A program made the position numbers and the translations under genes. Shown piece by piece: positions 53,534-63,623 of a stretch of DNA of 64,000 bases. Below the pieces are notes generated by a model, which saw only the letters and a program-made list of their open reading frames with translations, had not been told where the DNA came from and did not search any database. This stretch comes from an uncultured Acidobacteriota bacterium (GTDB lineage: Bacteria > Acidobacteriota > UBA6911 > RPQK01 > JAPXNP01): assembly GCA_963777605.1 (NCBI GenBank), contig CAVZRV010000030.1, positions 256,001-320,000 of the forward strand, in the 5' to 3' direction. Numbering within the stretch: the first letter of the stretch is position 1; the number at the start of each line of letters is the position of its first letter.

Positions 53534-54415
53534 CTACTTGCCCTGTGATTCCCGGTACCAGCGATCCAGTGTACTGGCGAACCTGCCCGGTGCCCTGGAA
53601 TCCATCCTGAAGTAGAGAGATGGCTCAATCAGCTCCAATTCCATGACGGCGAACCGGTTGTCTGCCATTCTAACCAGATCGACCCGGCCGTACAGAGGGG
53701 TCTCCGGGAGTGACCGAATGACTTGGTCGCCGGTCTCCAGGAGGGAAGGGGCGGGCTGAACCGGCAGGATTCTCCCCCCGTGCTCCTCTTGGACCCGGAA
53801 ATCTCCGGACTCCGGGGTCTTGAGGATGGCGTGGCTGAACTCCAGGCCAAAGTAGAAAAGGGAGTACTCTCCTTCGCTGACAACGGAGGACACGAACGGT
53901 TGAGCCAGAAAGCCCGATTCGCCGTAGGCCTGACTCAGCCTGTCCAGCATTCCTGAGACCTGAGGCCGGGAAATCCGGTAGGCGTGATCCGCGTTTGCGC
54001 CGACAATTGGCTTGAGTACCAGTTCCGGGGTCTTGAACTCTTCGAAAAGTTGCTCGACCCTGTCCTTCTCGACCGCACCACACCAGGTGGTGGGGACGAT
54101 GGGCAGGCCATGGTCACGGAGATCGGCCAGGTAACTCTTGCGCAGGTTCCACCGGACAGTGTCGAGCGAATTGAAGAGCAGCGCCGACGACTGCTCGATG
54201 CGTTCCATTGTTACGAGGAAGCGGGCCGGGTCGGCCTGGTAGTCCCAGGTCGAACGGATCACAATTACATCGAATTGGTCCCAATCGACGCCAGGGGCCC
54301 GCCAGTCGCAGGTAAACAGCTGCCAGCCCAGGGCTTCGAGAGGCCGGCGTGTCAGTTCGTCGTCGCAGACGAACCCTTCGAGATCGTGCATGGTCAGGTA
54401 GAGACAGCGCATCAT
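53534..54415 (-). CDS. ATP-grasp (RimK/glutathione synthetase-like) protein
   Basis: IRSTWDY, WNLRKSYL, DFRVQEEHGG, YGRVD and MELELIEPSLYF. Confidence 0.85.
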   Translation of the reverse strand: MMRCLYLTMHDLEGFVCDDELTRRPLEALGWQLFTCDWRAPGVDWDQFDVIVIRSTWDYQADPARFLVTMERIEQSSALLFNSLDTVRWNLRKSYLADLRDHGLPIVPTTWCGAVEKDRVEQLFEEFKTPELVLKPIVGANADHAYRISRPQVSGMLDRLSQAYGESGFLAQPFVSSVVSEGEYSLFYFGLEFSHAILKTPESGDFRVQEEHGGRILPVQPAPSLLETGDQVIRSLPETPLYGRVDLVRMADNRFAVMELELIEPSLYFRMDSRAPGRFASTLDRWYRESQGK

Positions 54416-54742
54416 GTTCCCGTCGCCCGTCCTGTTTTCCTGAAACCTGCGCAATTCCTTGAAAACACCAGCCGGGCAGGTGTTGCAGGGAATGGATCGG
54501 TGCAATAAACTGAATCCGTTCAATTTCTAACACAAATTCAGGTTGCGACGGACGAGGATTGCGCGTTCGAGGGGAGCGGGTACGGCGATTTGATTGGTCA
54601 TCAATCGAGGACATAGCTTGACCCTTTAGCGTCGGGGCAGGGGCTTGGAGGTTTGCCTCTGAGTGCGCCCGACAAACCCACTGGCAGGCTGATTCGCAGC
54701 CTGCGGGGCGGCGGTCGCCGCCTGAACAAGGAGGAATTCAAG

Positions 54743-55684
54743 ATGGATAAGAAGGTCACAGTTGTAGGTGCGGGACATGTGGGAGAGGTCACGGCACAGC
54801 GGATAGCCGAGAAAGAACTCGCTGACGTGGTGCTGATCGACGTCGTCGAGGGCATGCCCCAGGGCAAGGCCCTGGATTTGGCGGAGACCGGCCCGGTCGA
54901 GAAGTACGACTCGGGGATCACCGGCTCCAACAACTATGAAGACACCGCGGGTTCCGACGTAGTAGTGATTACGGCGGGGTTGCCCCGCAAACCGGGGATG
55001 AGCCGGGACGACCTGCTGATGAGCAACGCGAAAATCGTCAAGGCTGTCACCGAACAGGTTGCCAAGTACAGCCCTGAAGCGGTTCTGATCCTGGTGAGCA
55101 ACCCTCTCGATGCGATGTGTCACGTCGCCAAGGCCGTGAGCGGGTTCCCCCGCGAACGGGTCATCGGGATGGCGGGGATCCTCGATTCGGCGCGCTTCCG
55201 CTGCTTCATCTCGATGGAACTCGATGTTTCGGTCGAGAGCACCCACGCTTTCGTGCTCGGGGGACACGGCGACACGATGGTTCCGCTGGCCCGCTACTCA
55301 ACCGTGGCAGGCATTCCGCTGACTGAACTCCTGTCGGAAGACCGGCTTGCCGCACTGATCGAACGGACCCGGGCCGGTGGTGCCGAAATCGTCAAGCTGC
55401 TCAAGACGGGAAGTGCCTATTACGCTCCTTCGGCAGCGGCGACCGAGATGGTTGAGTCGATCCTGAAGAACAAGCGGAAGATCCTCCCTTGCGCCGCCTA
55501 CCTCGAAGGTGAATATGGAGTGAATGGCCTCTACCTCGGCGTGCCGATCAAGCTTGGCAGCGGTGGAATGGCACAGATCATCGAGATCGACCTGGCCGAC
55601 GAAGAAAAGGCGGCCCTGAACAAGTCGGCACAGGCAGTGCAGGACCTGGTCGATGTCCTGAAGAAGAACGACTACCCCGCCTGA
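54743..55684 (+). CDS. mdh: Malate dehydrogenase (LDH-like)
   Basis: [30 protein letters not shown] and GGHGD. Confidence 0.96.
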   Translation: MDKKVTVVGAGHVGEVTAQRIAEKELADVVLIDVVEGMPQGKALDLAETGPVEKYDSGITGSNNYEDTAGSDVVVITAGLPRKPGMSRDDLLMSNAKIVKAVTEQVAKYSPEAVLILVSNPLDAMCHVAKAVSGFPRERVIGMAGILDSARFRCFISMELDVSVESTHAFVLGGHGDTMVPLARYSTVAGIPLTELLSEDRLAALIERTRAGGAEIVKLLKTGSAYYAPSAAATEMVESILKNKRKILPCAAYLEGEYGVNGLYLGVPIKLGSGGMAQIIEIDLADEEKAALNKSAQAVQDLVDVLKKNDYPA

Positions 55685-55698
55685 GAGTTCAAACTGCA

Positions 55699-55729
55699 GA
55701 GCCGGGGTCTACAGAGGGCCCCGGCTCCA
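55699..55729. terminator. Hairpin downstream of mdh
   Basis: GAGCCGGGG...CCCCGGCTC. Confidence 0.55.
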
Positions 55730-55779
55730 TTTCCCCGGCCGGCGCGAGCGCTCTGGGCTTGGCAGACAGTGCCGGAGGA

Positions 55780-56142
55780 TCACTCCACGAGTCCGGCTGC
55801 CAGTTGGGAATCTCCCCCTTCCGGGTCATCGGACAGCTTGACGGCCGTACCGTACACCATCATCTCCGCGGCTCCGGATAGGATTTCGGTAGTGGTGAAC
55901 CGGGTGCCGACGATGGCATCTGCGCCGAGATCTTCCGCCTCCTCAACCATCCGGTCCAATGCCTGCTCACGGGCTTCCGCCATCAGTTTGACGTATTCGT
56001 GGATCTCGCCTCCAACGAGGGTCCGGAATATCGCCAGGATGTCTCGTCCGACATGGCGCGCCCGGATCGCGTTTCCCCGCACAAGACCGAGGGTCGTGGT
56101 AATCCTCCGGCCGGCAATGACATGAGTCGTCACGACAATCAT
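55780..56142 (-). CDS. YbjQ/UPF0145 family protein
   Basis: LGLVRGN...GRD...GGEI..Y...AREQALDRM...GADAIVG...YGTAVK. Confidence 0.9.
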   Translation of the reverse strand: MIVVTTHVIAGRRITTTLGLVRGNAIRARHVGRDILAIFRTLVGGEIHEYVKLMAEAREQALDRMVEEAEDLGADAIVGTRFTTTEILSGAAEMMVYGTAVKLSDDPEGGDSQLAAGLVE

Positions 56143-56573
56143 TTCTGCACTCCTCGGTACCGGTCGGTGCGGCTCTCCCGAACCCGTTCCATCAGGACGG
56201 AGAAGAAAACCAGGGCCAACCCGAGAAATAACCCGAAAATAAGAATTTTCTGCAGCAAGGGTTCGTTGGGAGACAGGGCATAGTGGAGCGCACCGTAGGC
56301 AGTGGTTGCGATGGACCAAACGATAAGAATGATCCAGCCCACTCCACGGGTGGCTCGTTCCAGGATGTGCTCCTCCATCTCTTTCCACTCCTCTCGCGAG
56401 GGCTGCTCGACATCCAGTTGTTCGGCGGCCGCCTTCGCCAACTGCAGGTCTTCCAAAACCTCACGGCACGCCGGGCAGGAAGCCAGGTGAAGCTCTACCC
56501 TCTGGGCATCCTGCTGGGTAAGCTCACGGTCGATGTAGCCGGACAGCTTGACTTCGATTTGGTTGCAGTTCAT
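56139..56573 (-). CDS. Membrane-bound zf-HC2 anti-sigma factor
   Basis: HLASCPAC followed by two TM helices. Confidence 0.87.
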   Translation of the reverse strand: MNCNQIEVKLSGYIDRELTQQDAQRVELHLASCPACREVLEDLQLAKAAAEQLDVEQPSREEWKEMEEHILERATRGVGWIILIVWSIATTAYGALHYALSPNEPLLQKILIFGLFLGLALVFFSVLMERVRESRTDRYRGVQK

Positions 56574-57100
56574 GAGGCCCCTGCCCGCTCCTTCAACTGG
56601 GCGGCGAGGTTTCGCCGCGCGTGGTGCAGCCTGGACATGACGGTGCCGAGTGGAATGGACAGGATTTCCGCGATCTCCACGTAGCTGTGCCCCTGGTAGT
56701 CCTTGAGGAAAATGATCTCCCGATGGTCGGGACTCAACTGCTGGAGGGCCGTCCAGACCTCTTTCCGCAGGACCGCCTTGTCCGCCCGCACCGAAGACTT
56801 GTCCGGAAGTACGGGGGAGAGTTCCTGGGTCGCTGCCCGCTGTTTCTTGCGGATGGTGTCGATGCACTGGTTTCGCACGATCGTCAGCAGCCAGGGACCG
56901 AACTTGCGGGAGAGATCAAACCGGGAAAACTTGCGATAGGCCTTGATGAAAGCGTCCTGAATGACGTCCTTGGCGTCCTCGTAGTTGTGCAGGTACTGAA
57001 AGGCGAGGGCGAAAGCCTTTTCGCGGTGACGGGTGAACACTTCTCCATAAGCGTCGGTTTGGCCCTTGCGCACGAGTTCCAACAGTTTATCCTCCGTCAT
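56570..57100 (-). CDS. ECF RNA polymerase sigma factor (SigW/RpoE-like)
   Basis: DAKDVIQDAFIKAY, WLLTIVRN and GTVMSRLHHAR. Start uncertain (57100 or 57166). Confidence 0.92.
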   Translation of the reverse strand: MTEDKLLELVRKGQTDAYGEVFTRHREKAFALAFQYLHNYEDAKDVIQDAFIKAYRKFSRFDLSRKFGPWLLTIVRNQCIDTIRKKQRAATQELSPVLPDKSSVRADKAVLRKEVWTALQQLSPDHREIIFLKDYQGHSYVEIAEILSIPLGTVMSRLHHARRNLAAQLKERAGAS

Positions 57101-57492
57101 GTCATGGAATGACTTTGACGATCTCACTACGCCCGCGCCCTCCTCCTTATTCAAGAGTGAAATCATAATGTTTGAGACCAAGGATGAAAACAGGGAATGC
57201 GAAGAGGAGAAGGCGCCGGCGCCGCTGCCAGGCGGCTCAAGCAGCCCGGCGGGCCGGGCCAGGGCTTCCACATTGGAGGGGAGGTGAGTCGGGCATGTCC
57301 GGGCAAGGCCCACCGGCTACAGCTAGTATCTATCATAAAAATTGACATTGTGGGGAAACTATTTTGGCCCAAAGTTTACGTGTGTGTTTCTTTGGCTTTG
57401 GGACCTTTCAAGTTCTCCGCGAGCCGCCAGCTACGCGCCGGTCAGCTACTTCCTGGACAAGGGCCTGCTGGTGGAGGCACTGGCAGTCTGAG

Positions 57493-58524
57493 TCAGACGG
57501 CGAGTGTCGTGACTCTCGAACGCCCCTCCGGGTGGTCGGGGTGGCCTCCCAGATGAACCGTGCGAAAGAATGCATAGAGGTGGCTGAGATGCAGCAGGGC
57601 AGCCACTTCAACCTCCGACGCAGCCAGCTTGCAGGTCTGGTTCAAGGTGAACTCGACCTGGTTCTGCAGTGACTCGGGGAGACAGGAGCCTGCAAGCAGG
57701 ACTTTTGCACCCCGGTTTCTGAAATCGGGAATCACCTCTCCCAGGAGGGGGACGTCAGCCCGTCCCGAGAACAGCCAGACAAGAGAATCGCTGTTCAGGA
57801 CGCGCTGGTTCCCATGCCGAAACTCGAATGTCTGGACTGCCAGAGCCGGGAGGCCGGTCATTTCAGTGAGTTTTAGAGCGGACTCGCGGGCAAGCGGCAG
57901 GAATGGGCCGGTGCCGAGAAAGACCACTTGCGAGAAGTGAAGTCGGGCCAGTTCCTCGATGGAGTCCGAGTGGCGCCTCAGGCTTTCAGCGATGATCCCG
58001 GGAAGCTTCCGGATTTCCCGTCCCGCACCCGCCCAGATCAGGAATGCCGCCAGGATCCCTGTGAAGGCGCGGGTCATGATGCTGCTCTCCTCCTGCGCCT
58101 CTGCTATGACTACCGGACGGGAGGACAAGCGGGCCAGGGTAGAGTCGGCATAACAGGTCACCGGGATGATCGGAAAGCCCTGGCGCTCCCGGGCCACGTG
58201 AAGCGCCCGGATCGTTTCGGTCGTCTCTCCGGTTCGGCTGAATCCCAGCACCAGCGTCCGGCGATCCTCTTCGAAACAGGATTCCGGGCGCAGCAGAAGC
58301 TCGGAAGCCGGGAACGCCCGGCAGGGGAGCCCGAGCCGCAATCGCCAGGAGTGGGCGATCGTTTGAGCCAGAAACAGGGAGGAGCCACAGCCCGTCAGGA
58401 CAATGCGTTCACTCGACCAGAGGTCCGCAGGTGGGGCAGGCCATCGATCGATGATCGGCCCGATAATTTCTCCCTGTGAAAGTATTTCATTGTAAGTAGC
58501 AAAGGAACGGTAATTCCCGGTCAT
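57493..58524 (-). CDS. SIS-domain sugar-phosphate isomerase/deaminase (GlmS/AgaS-like)
   Basis: TGCGSS, SRTGETTET, ESALKLTEM and EFRHG. Confidence 0.85.
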   Translation of the reverse strand: MTGNYRSFATYNEILSQGEIIGPIIDRWPAPPADLWSSERIVLTGCGSSLFLAQTIAHSWRLRLGLPCRAFPASELLLRPESCFEEDRRTLVLGFSRTGETTETIRALHVARERQGFPIIPVTCYADSTLARLSSRPVVIAEAQEESSIMTRAFTGILAAFLIWAGAGREIRKLPGIIAESLRRHSDSIEELARLHFSQVVFLGTGPFLPLARESALKLTEMTGLPALAVQTFEFRHGNQRVLNSDSLVWLFSGRADVPLLGEVIPDFRNRGAKVLLAGSCLPESLQNQVEFTLNQTCKLAASEVEVAALLHLSHLYAFFRTVHLGGHPDHPEGRSRVTTLAV

Positions 58525-58533
58525 TGGATTCCT

Positions 58534-59409
58534 TCAGATTTCACCAAGTACGGCCCGCAAACTGGAAGTCTCCGACAGCCGCCGCCGCGCTTCTTCATGG
58601 CCGATACCCAGCTTGATCATGGCTATCGCAGTCTTCACGCTGCGGGTTTCCCGAAGTGTCTTGTCGGCAATTTCGGCAGTGCAGCTTGTGACGGCCTGAA
58701 TGATCCCCTGTCCCCGGCAGACCAGTTTATCGTTGGTTAACTGGACATTCACCATGAGGTTCTCGTAGACATAGCCAAGCCGCACCATGACGCACGTGCT
58801 GAGCATGTTGAGAATCATCTTTTGAGCGGTGCCCGCCTTTAGGCGAGTCGAGCCGGCAATCACTTCGGGGCCGCTATCGACCTCGATCGCAATGTCCGCG
58901 ATTCTGCCCAATTCCGATCCGGGGCAACAGGAGATGCCGACAGTCAGCGCGCCGGCCCTGGAGCCGTAACGCACCGCTGCGCAGGTATATGGGGTCCGGC
59001 CGCTCGCGGCCAGTCCGACAATTGTGTCGTCGGAACCCGGATTCAACGTTCCAAGGTCTTTTTCCGCTCCTGGACCGGAGTCTTCCGACCCTTCGACCGC
59101 GTGAAAGATCGCATCGGTTCCACCTGCCAGAATTCCGGTGACGAGGCTGGGTGAAACGCCGAACGTGGGAGGGCACTCGACCGCGTCCAGGACTCCGAGG
59201 CGTCCGCTGGTTCCCGCCCCGACATAGATGAGCCGGCCGCCACGGGATAGGCGCGCAGCGATTCGGTCAACAGCGTCCGCGATCGCTGGCAGAACTTTTC
59301 CGACCGCTTCAGCGACGGTTTGGTCCTCCGTATTGATTAACTCGAGAGCCTTCAGAGTCTCAACCCGGTCGATTTGTGTCGTTCTCGGATTTCTTTCTTC
59401 TGTCCTCAT
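58534..59409 (-). CDS. murQ: N-acetylmuramic acid 6-phosphate etherase
   Basis: TEERNP, GAGTSGRLGVLDAVECPPTF and GPEVIAGSTRLKAGTAQK. Confidence 0.96.
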   Translation of the reverse strand: MRTEERNPRTTQIDRVETLKALELINTEDQTVAEAVGKVLPAIADAVDRIAARLSRGGRLIYVGAGTSGRLGVLDAVECPPTFGVSPSLVTGILAGGTDAIFHAVEGSEDSGPGAEKDLGTLNPGSDDTIVGLAASGRTPYTCAAVRYGSRAGALTVGISCCPGSELGRIADIAIEVDSGPEVIAGSTRLKAGTAQKMILNMLSTCVMVRLGYVYENLMVNVQLTNDKLVCRGQGIIQAVTSCTAEIADKTLRETRSVKTAIAMIKLGIGHEEARRRLSETSSLRAVLGEI

Positions 59410-59688
59410 TTACTGTTCCATCGAAGATCGAAGGATAACTGACCACTCATTATAGCGGTCCGGCTGTGCCAGTACGCGAATGCATATTGCCTTGCCCAGA
59501 CCTCGACCCGGGCAACGCCAGGTGGGGCGCGTGCCAGAGCTTGCATGAGAATGGCGTCGCCTCCCGGAAAAGTGGTGTGGGCAGTCGGCCGAGGAAGTCA
59601 CTTGCCACCCGGCCCCGGGACTCTTAAACTAGAATGTATTGAAAGATGCCCACGTTGATTTCTAACCACTTCTTCAGAGGAGGCACGC

Positions 59689-60825
59689 ATGGTAATTCGC
59701 CAGGATGTAAAGGAACTTTTGTCTCGTGGGAGTCGGAATGGTCAGCGTATCTTAAGTGTCTATCTGGATATTGACCAGGGCCGGGCCCTGAATCTGAACC
59801 GGGGATTCGAGGCCGTCTTTAAAAGTATGGTCCAAGGTGTCGATCGCACCCTGGACGATTCCCAGAGAAAGACCTTTGCAGAAGCGGCCCGACGGGCGGG
59901 ATCGTTTCTTGCGGCTTACGCCCCTTCGGGGAAGAGCCTCGTCTACTTCGGTGATTCCGGCGGGGAGTTCGAATGGAACCGGAGCCTGGGCGTGTCGCTC
60001 GAAAGCAAAGTCTGCTGGGCTTCTCGCCCCTGTGTACGTCCGCTCCTGGAGGCCCGGGACGAGCACGAGCGCTCGGGGATCATTCTGACCGATCGGGCTC
60101 ACGCGAGGTTTTTCACCGTCTTCCTCGGTGACATTGAAGAGAAGGAGGCGGCTCTGGCGGCGGCCGATGTCAAGAAGTTCGATGCTTCGGGCAGCGACCA
60201 GATGCGGTCGCAGATGAATTTTCAAAGGAAAGCGGACGAACACGCCCGCTGGCATCTGAAACACGTGGCTGAGATCGCCGATCGCCTGTTTGTCAGTGAG
60301 CGACTGGACCGGGTCGTTCTCGCCGGAACCCAGGAGGCGGTGAGCGAATTGAAGGGCATTCTGACCGAGCGGGTCAAGAAGAGCCTGGTCGGAACCTTGT
60401 CCCTGCCGATTGAAGTGGGAGCGACCGAGGTGCTTTCGGAGACCATGGGGCTTTTTCAAAATGCCGAGCGGGAGACCGAGAACAATCTCGTTGCGACCCT
60501 TTTGACTGCCGCGGCGAAGAACCACCAGGCCGTCAAAGGGCTTGAACCAACCCTCTCCGCCCTTTCCGAGGGGCGCATTCGACAGTTGCTCTACGGGGCC
60601 GCCCTCGAAGTCGAGGGGGGACACTGCCCGGACTGCGACAAACTGGTCGATGCCCCGGAGAAGTGCCCTGTCTGCCAGACTCCACTCGGGGCCGTAGACG
60701 ACCTTCTCGAAGCCGTGGTTTCACGGGTGTTCGAGGAGGGCGGCGAGATCGAACAGTTGAGAGGCTCTGCCTCTACCAGGCTGGTTGAAGAGGGAGGCGG
60801 TATTGGCGCGTTTCTGCGGTTCTAG
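59689..60825 (+). CDS. Bacterial archaeo-eukaryotic release factor 1 homolog (baeRF10/Vms1-like) with zinc ribbon
   Basis: LSVYLD, DRAHARFF, SQMNFQR, VVLAG, CPDC...CPVC and C-terminal GGIGAFLRF. No GGQ or NIKS motif. Confidence 0.8.
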   Translation: MVIRQDVKELLSRGSRNGQRILSVYLDIDQGRALNLNRGFEAVFKSMVQGVDRTLDDSQRKTFAEAARRAGSFLAAYAPSGKSLVYFGDSGGEFEWNRSLGVSLESKVCWASRPCVRPLLEARDEHERSGIILTDRAHARFFTVFLGDIEEKEAALAAADVKKFDASGSDQMRSQMNFQRKADEHARWHLKHVAEIADRLFVSERLDRVVLAGTQEAVSELKGILTERVKKSLVGTLSLPIEVGATEVLSETMGLFQNAERETENNLVATLLTAAAKNHQAVKGLEPTLSALSEGRIRQLLYGAALEVEGGHCPDCDKLVDAPEKCPVCQTPLGAVDDLLEAVVSRVFEEGGEIEQLRGSASTRLVEEGGGIGAFLRF

Positions 60826-60888
60826 CGCCCGCTGGCGAAGCGCCTCTATTGTGATCGTGCCTCAGATTAATTGAACTGGGAGGTTGAT

Positions 60889-61347
60889 ATGCTGCCCGTT
60901 CGCCTAATCCTGGCCCCGACCGATTTCAGCGAGATCTCGGTGAAGACGGTGGCCTCTGCCAGTGAGCTCGCCGAGCACTTCGGTGCCGACCTGTTGATCG
61001 TTCACGTGATCCCGCCGGTTCCGACCCTTCCTTCCGATCCGAATTACAGCTTCGAGGTTCCGGCTTACCAGGAGGCGCTTCGCGAAAGCGCTGAACGGCG
61101 GCTCCAGGAGGCGGTGCAGACTCAGGTCACCGGCGCCGTCCATTCGCGTACCTCGGTGAGTCACGGCGATCCCGCCCGGGAGATCGTCCGGATTGCCGCC
61201 GAGGAGTCTGTAGACTTGATCGTGATTGCGACACACGGATTGACCGGGTGGCAGCATATTGTGTTTGGGTCGGTGGCTGAAAAGGTTGTGAGGACGGCCA
61301 AGTGTCCAGTTTTGACGGTCCGTGGGGATTTGCAGGAGGAAGCCTGA
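60889..61347 (+). CDS. Universal stress protein
   Basis: ILAPTDFS, DLIVIATHG and FGSVAEKVVRTAKCPVLTV. Confidence 0.95.
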   Translation: MLPVRLILAPTDFSEISVKTVASASELAEHFGADLLIVHVIPPVPTLPSDPNYSFEVPAYQEALRESAERRLQEAVQTQVTGAVHSRTSVSHGDPAREIVRIAAEESVDLIVIATHGLTGWQHIVFGSVAEKVVRTAKCPVLTVRGDLQEEA

Positions 61348-61459
61348 TCAGGGCGGTTTTCGACTTTTAGGCTCCTGGGTTTCCATGAGGACAACGAAGA
61401 TGAAAAAGGGTGATTCAAGATACAGTCCCGGACGGCCGAATCGGCTAGTCTGGGTTCCG

Positions 61460-62155
61460 ATGAGCGCAGCCAAATTATCAATCCTGTTGCTCGTGGGGAT
61501 GCCTTTTCTCGGCGCTCAGTCCGAGAAGACCTCCCCACCTGAGGCACCGAAACAGGAAGCAGTCCAGCAACAGAAGGAACAACCGTCGCTCCTCGATCTT
61601 GCAAAGCGGGAGCGCGACCGGCGTACCCATTCGGACGAATCAGTTCCGGTCCTGCGCAATGAGGATCTCTCGCGGCTGAAGTCGGCCAGGGTCGTCACGA
61701 GTCAGGCTCCGCGTGGAAAACCGGGCCCGGGTCAAGAGGCTTCCGAAGAGGTGGCTGAGCCGGCTACTCTGGGAGAGGAGGCCGCAGCTGCTGAAGTCCT
61801 CGACCTGGATTACTGGCGGGCTGCTTTCGACGAGGCCAAGCTTGGTCTTCAGAACGCAATCAATCGCCGGATGGTCCTCGAATTGAGGATGAACAATCTT
61901 CGGAATGCCTATCTGCAGACCGCAGACGGGTCAACCCGGGAGCGAATCGAGTCGGAGCTCAACCAGACCTACCTGGAAATCGGACAGGCTCGAGAGGATG
62001 AAAAAGCAGCCCTCCAGGTGGTCCAGGAGTTGGATCGCCAGGCCAGCAAGGCCGGGCTGACCCCGGGGCAAATCCGCGATTTGGTCGGCGAGCTGCCTGA
62101 GTCCAAGTCGGTCTTCGACGGGGTTCCACAGGCGCAGATCAACCCGGAATCCTGA
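61460..62155 (+). CDS. Hypothetical secreted coiled-coil protein
   Basis: Signal-like N-terminus, SLLDLAKRER.R, NEDL and a coiled-coil C-terminus. Confidence 0.65.
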   Translation: MSAAKLSILLLVGMPFLGAQSEKTSPPEAPKQEAVQQQKEQPSLLDLAKRERDRRTHSDESVPVLRNEDLSRLKSARVVTSQAPRGKPGPGQEASEEVAEPATLGEEAAAAEVLDLDYWRAAFDEAKLGLQNAINRRMVLELRMNNLRNAYLQTADGSTRERIESELNQTYLEIGQAREDEKAALQVVQELDRQASKAGLTPGQIRDLVGELPESKSVFDGVPQAQINPES

Positions 62156-62267
62156 TCGGGAACAGGCCCCTGCAGGGTCGGGACGGTTGATTTCGGTGCG
62201 GTGAAAGCACTCAGCCTCGCCATTTGCCGGCGACGCAGGGATCCGGCCGAAGACGGCCAGGCGGGTT

Positions 62268-63245
62268 CTAGAGGTGCCTGTTGTCTTGGTACCACTGGAT
62301 CGTCTCGGGCAACCACTGTTCCCACGAACGGTAGTGGAGTCCCAGTTCGCGAGTGGCCCGCGAGCCATCGACCTGAAATCCGTGGCTGAGCAGCCGATAG
62401 TTCTCCCGTGCCAACCGTGGGGGACGACCGGTCATCCGGGAGACGAATTCCCCGGCTCCCGCATAGGCTCCGGCGACCCATCCGGGACCGATCCGCGGCA
62501 TCTTGCGGTTGGCGAGGCGACAGGCCAGGCCGAAGAACTGGGCTGTCGATACCGCCCTTTCAGAGAGGATGTAGCGCCTGCCGGGAGTCCCCTCGGTCTC
62601 CGCCAGGATGTGTCCCTCCGCCACGTCTTTCCGGTGGACGATGCTCCAGGAACCGCGGAATAGCATCGGGATTCGGCCCGCCAGTACGTCTACCAGGCTC
62701 CGCCCCGAAGGCTTGAAATCGCCGGCACCGTAGACCGCGGCCGGGTTGACGCAAATCACGGCCAATCCCTGATCGACAAACGAGAGGGCCTGGCGCTCCG
62801 CCTCGAACTTTGCCCGTTCATAGTGGCCCAGGAAGTAGCCCCGGTGGGTGGTCTTTTCGTTTCCGGTTTGCCCCCGGGGTTCCCCGATTGTCAGCGCAGT
62901 GCTGGTGTAGATGACTTTTTCGACGCCGGACCGCAGGCAGGCTTCCAGGACGGATTGCGTGCCTTCAACCTCGGTGCGCCTCAGTTCTTCCGGTTCGGGA
63001 ACCCAGAAGTCGTAGAGGGCGGCTGCGTGATAAACGACGTTGCAGTCGGCCACCGCATTGAGGACAGATTCTGCGTCAAGAATGTCGCCCCGGAAGATCT
63101 CGGCACCCAGTTGCTCCAAGGGGGAAACTCGGCTGGTAGGCCGGGCCAGCACGCGAACCTGACGTCCGCGCCGGATAAGATTTTCGACGATCGCACCCCC
63201 GACAAAACCTGTACCGCCGGTCACTAGTGTCCTGTCACGCATCAT
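62268..63245 (-). CDS. NAD-dependent epimerase/dehydratase (HpnA/dihydroflavonol reductase-like); original start probably TTG 63294
   Basis: LVTGGTGFVG, YHAAA, YTST, YERAK and NPAAVYG. Confidence 0.88.
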   Translation of the reverse strand: MMRDRTLVTGGTGFVGGAIVENLIRRGRQVRVLARPTSRVSPLEQLGAEIFRGDILDAESVLNAVADCNVVYHAAALYDFWVPEPEELRRTEVEGTQSVLEACLRSGVEKVIYTSTALTIGEPRGQTGNEKTTHRGYFLGHYERAKFEAERQALSFVDQGLAVICVNPAAVYGAGDFKPSGRSLVDVLAGRIPMLFRGSWSIVHRKDVAEGHILAETEGTPGRRYILSERAVSTAQFFGLACRLANRKMPRIGPGWVAGAYAGAGEFVSRMTGRPPRLARENYRLLSHGFQVDGSRATRELGLHYRSWEQWLPETIQWYQDNRHL

Positions 63246-63285
63246 ATGGCACTTTCAGAGCCCCGCATTCGGGCCAGGACACTAG
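63224..63285. mobile_element. CTAG-flanked miniature inverted-repeat element, copy 2
   Basis: CTAG-TGTCCTG...CACGCATCATATG...TTCAGAGCCCCGC...CAGGACA-CTAG. Confidence 0.8.
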
Positions 63286-63565
63286 TGTCTTCAACGGGGC
63301 TCCTTCCTGCAATCCTCATGTCTGACGTTCATTTCCGGGAAAGGCACCTCCACGCAACGATCAATGATGAATTCTCTTGGCGATGGAATCAACAGTTTAG
63401 GCGTCCAGTCGTCAACAGATTTTAGTTGGCCCAACACGATTGAGTCCGCCCCTGGGACTCAATGGCAGGAGAAGGGAGTTGATCGCCAGATGGTTGATTT
63501 CCTCAGCGACGTGCCAATCGCCGCGGGTGTGGAAGAGCCGGCTGTTCTCTTTGAAAGACGGCCTT

Positions 63566-63581
63566 TGGCATGGGAAGTGCT
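63566..63581 (+). promoter_or_regulatory. Possible sigma-54 promoter
   Basis: TGGCAT-GGGAA-GTGCT with canonical GG-N10-GC spacing, about 40 bp before GTG 63624. Confidence 0.5.
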
Positions 63582-63623
63582 AAAAATTTCGGGAATCATG
63601 TTGCGACTCAAGGGAGGAGAATA

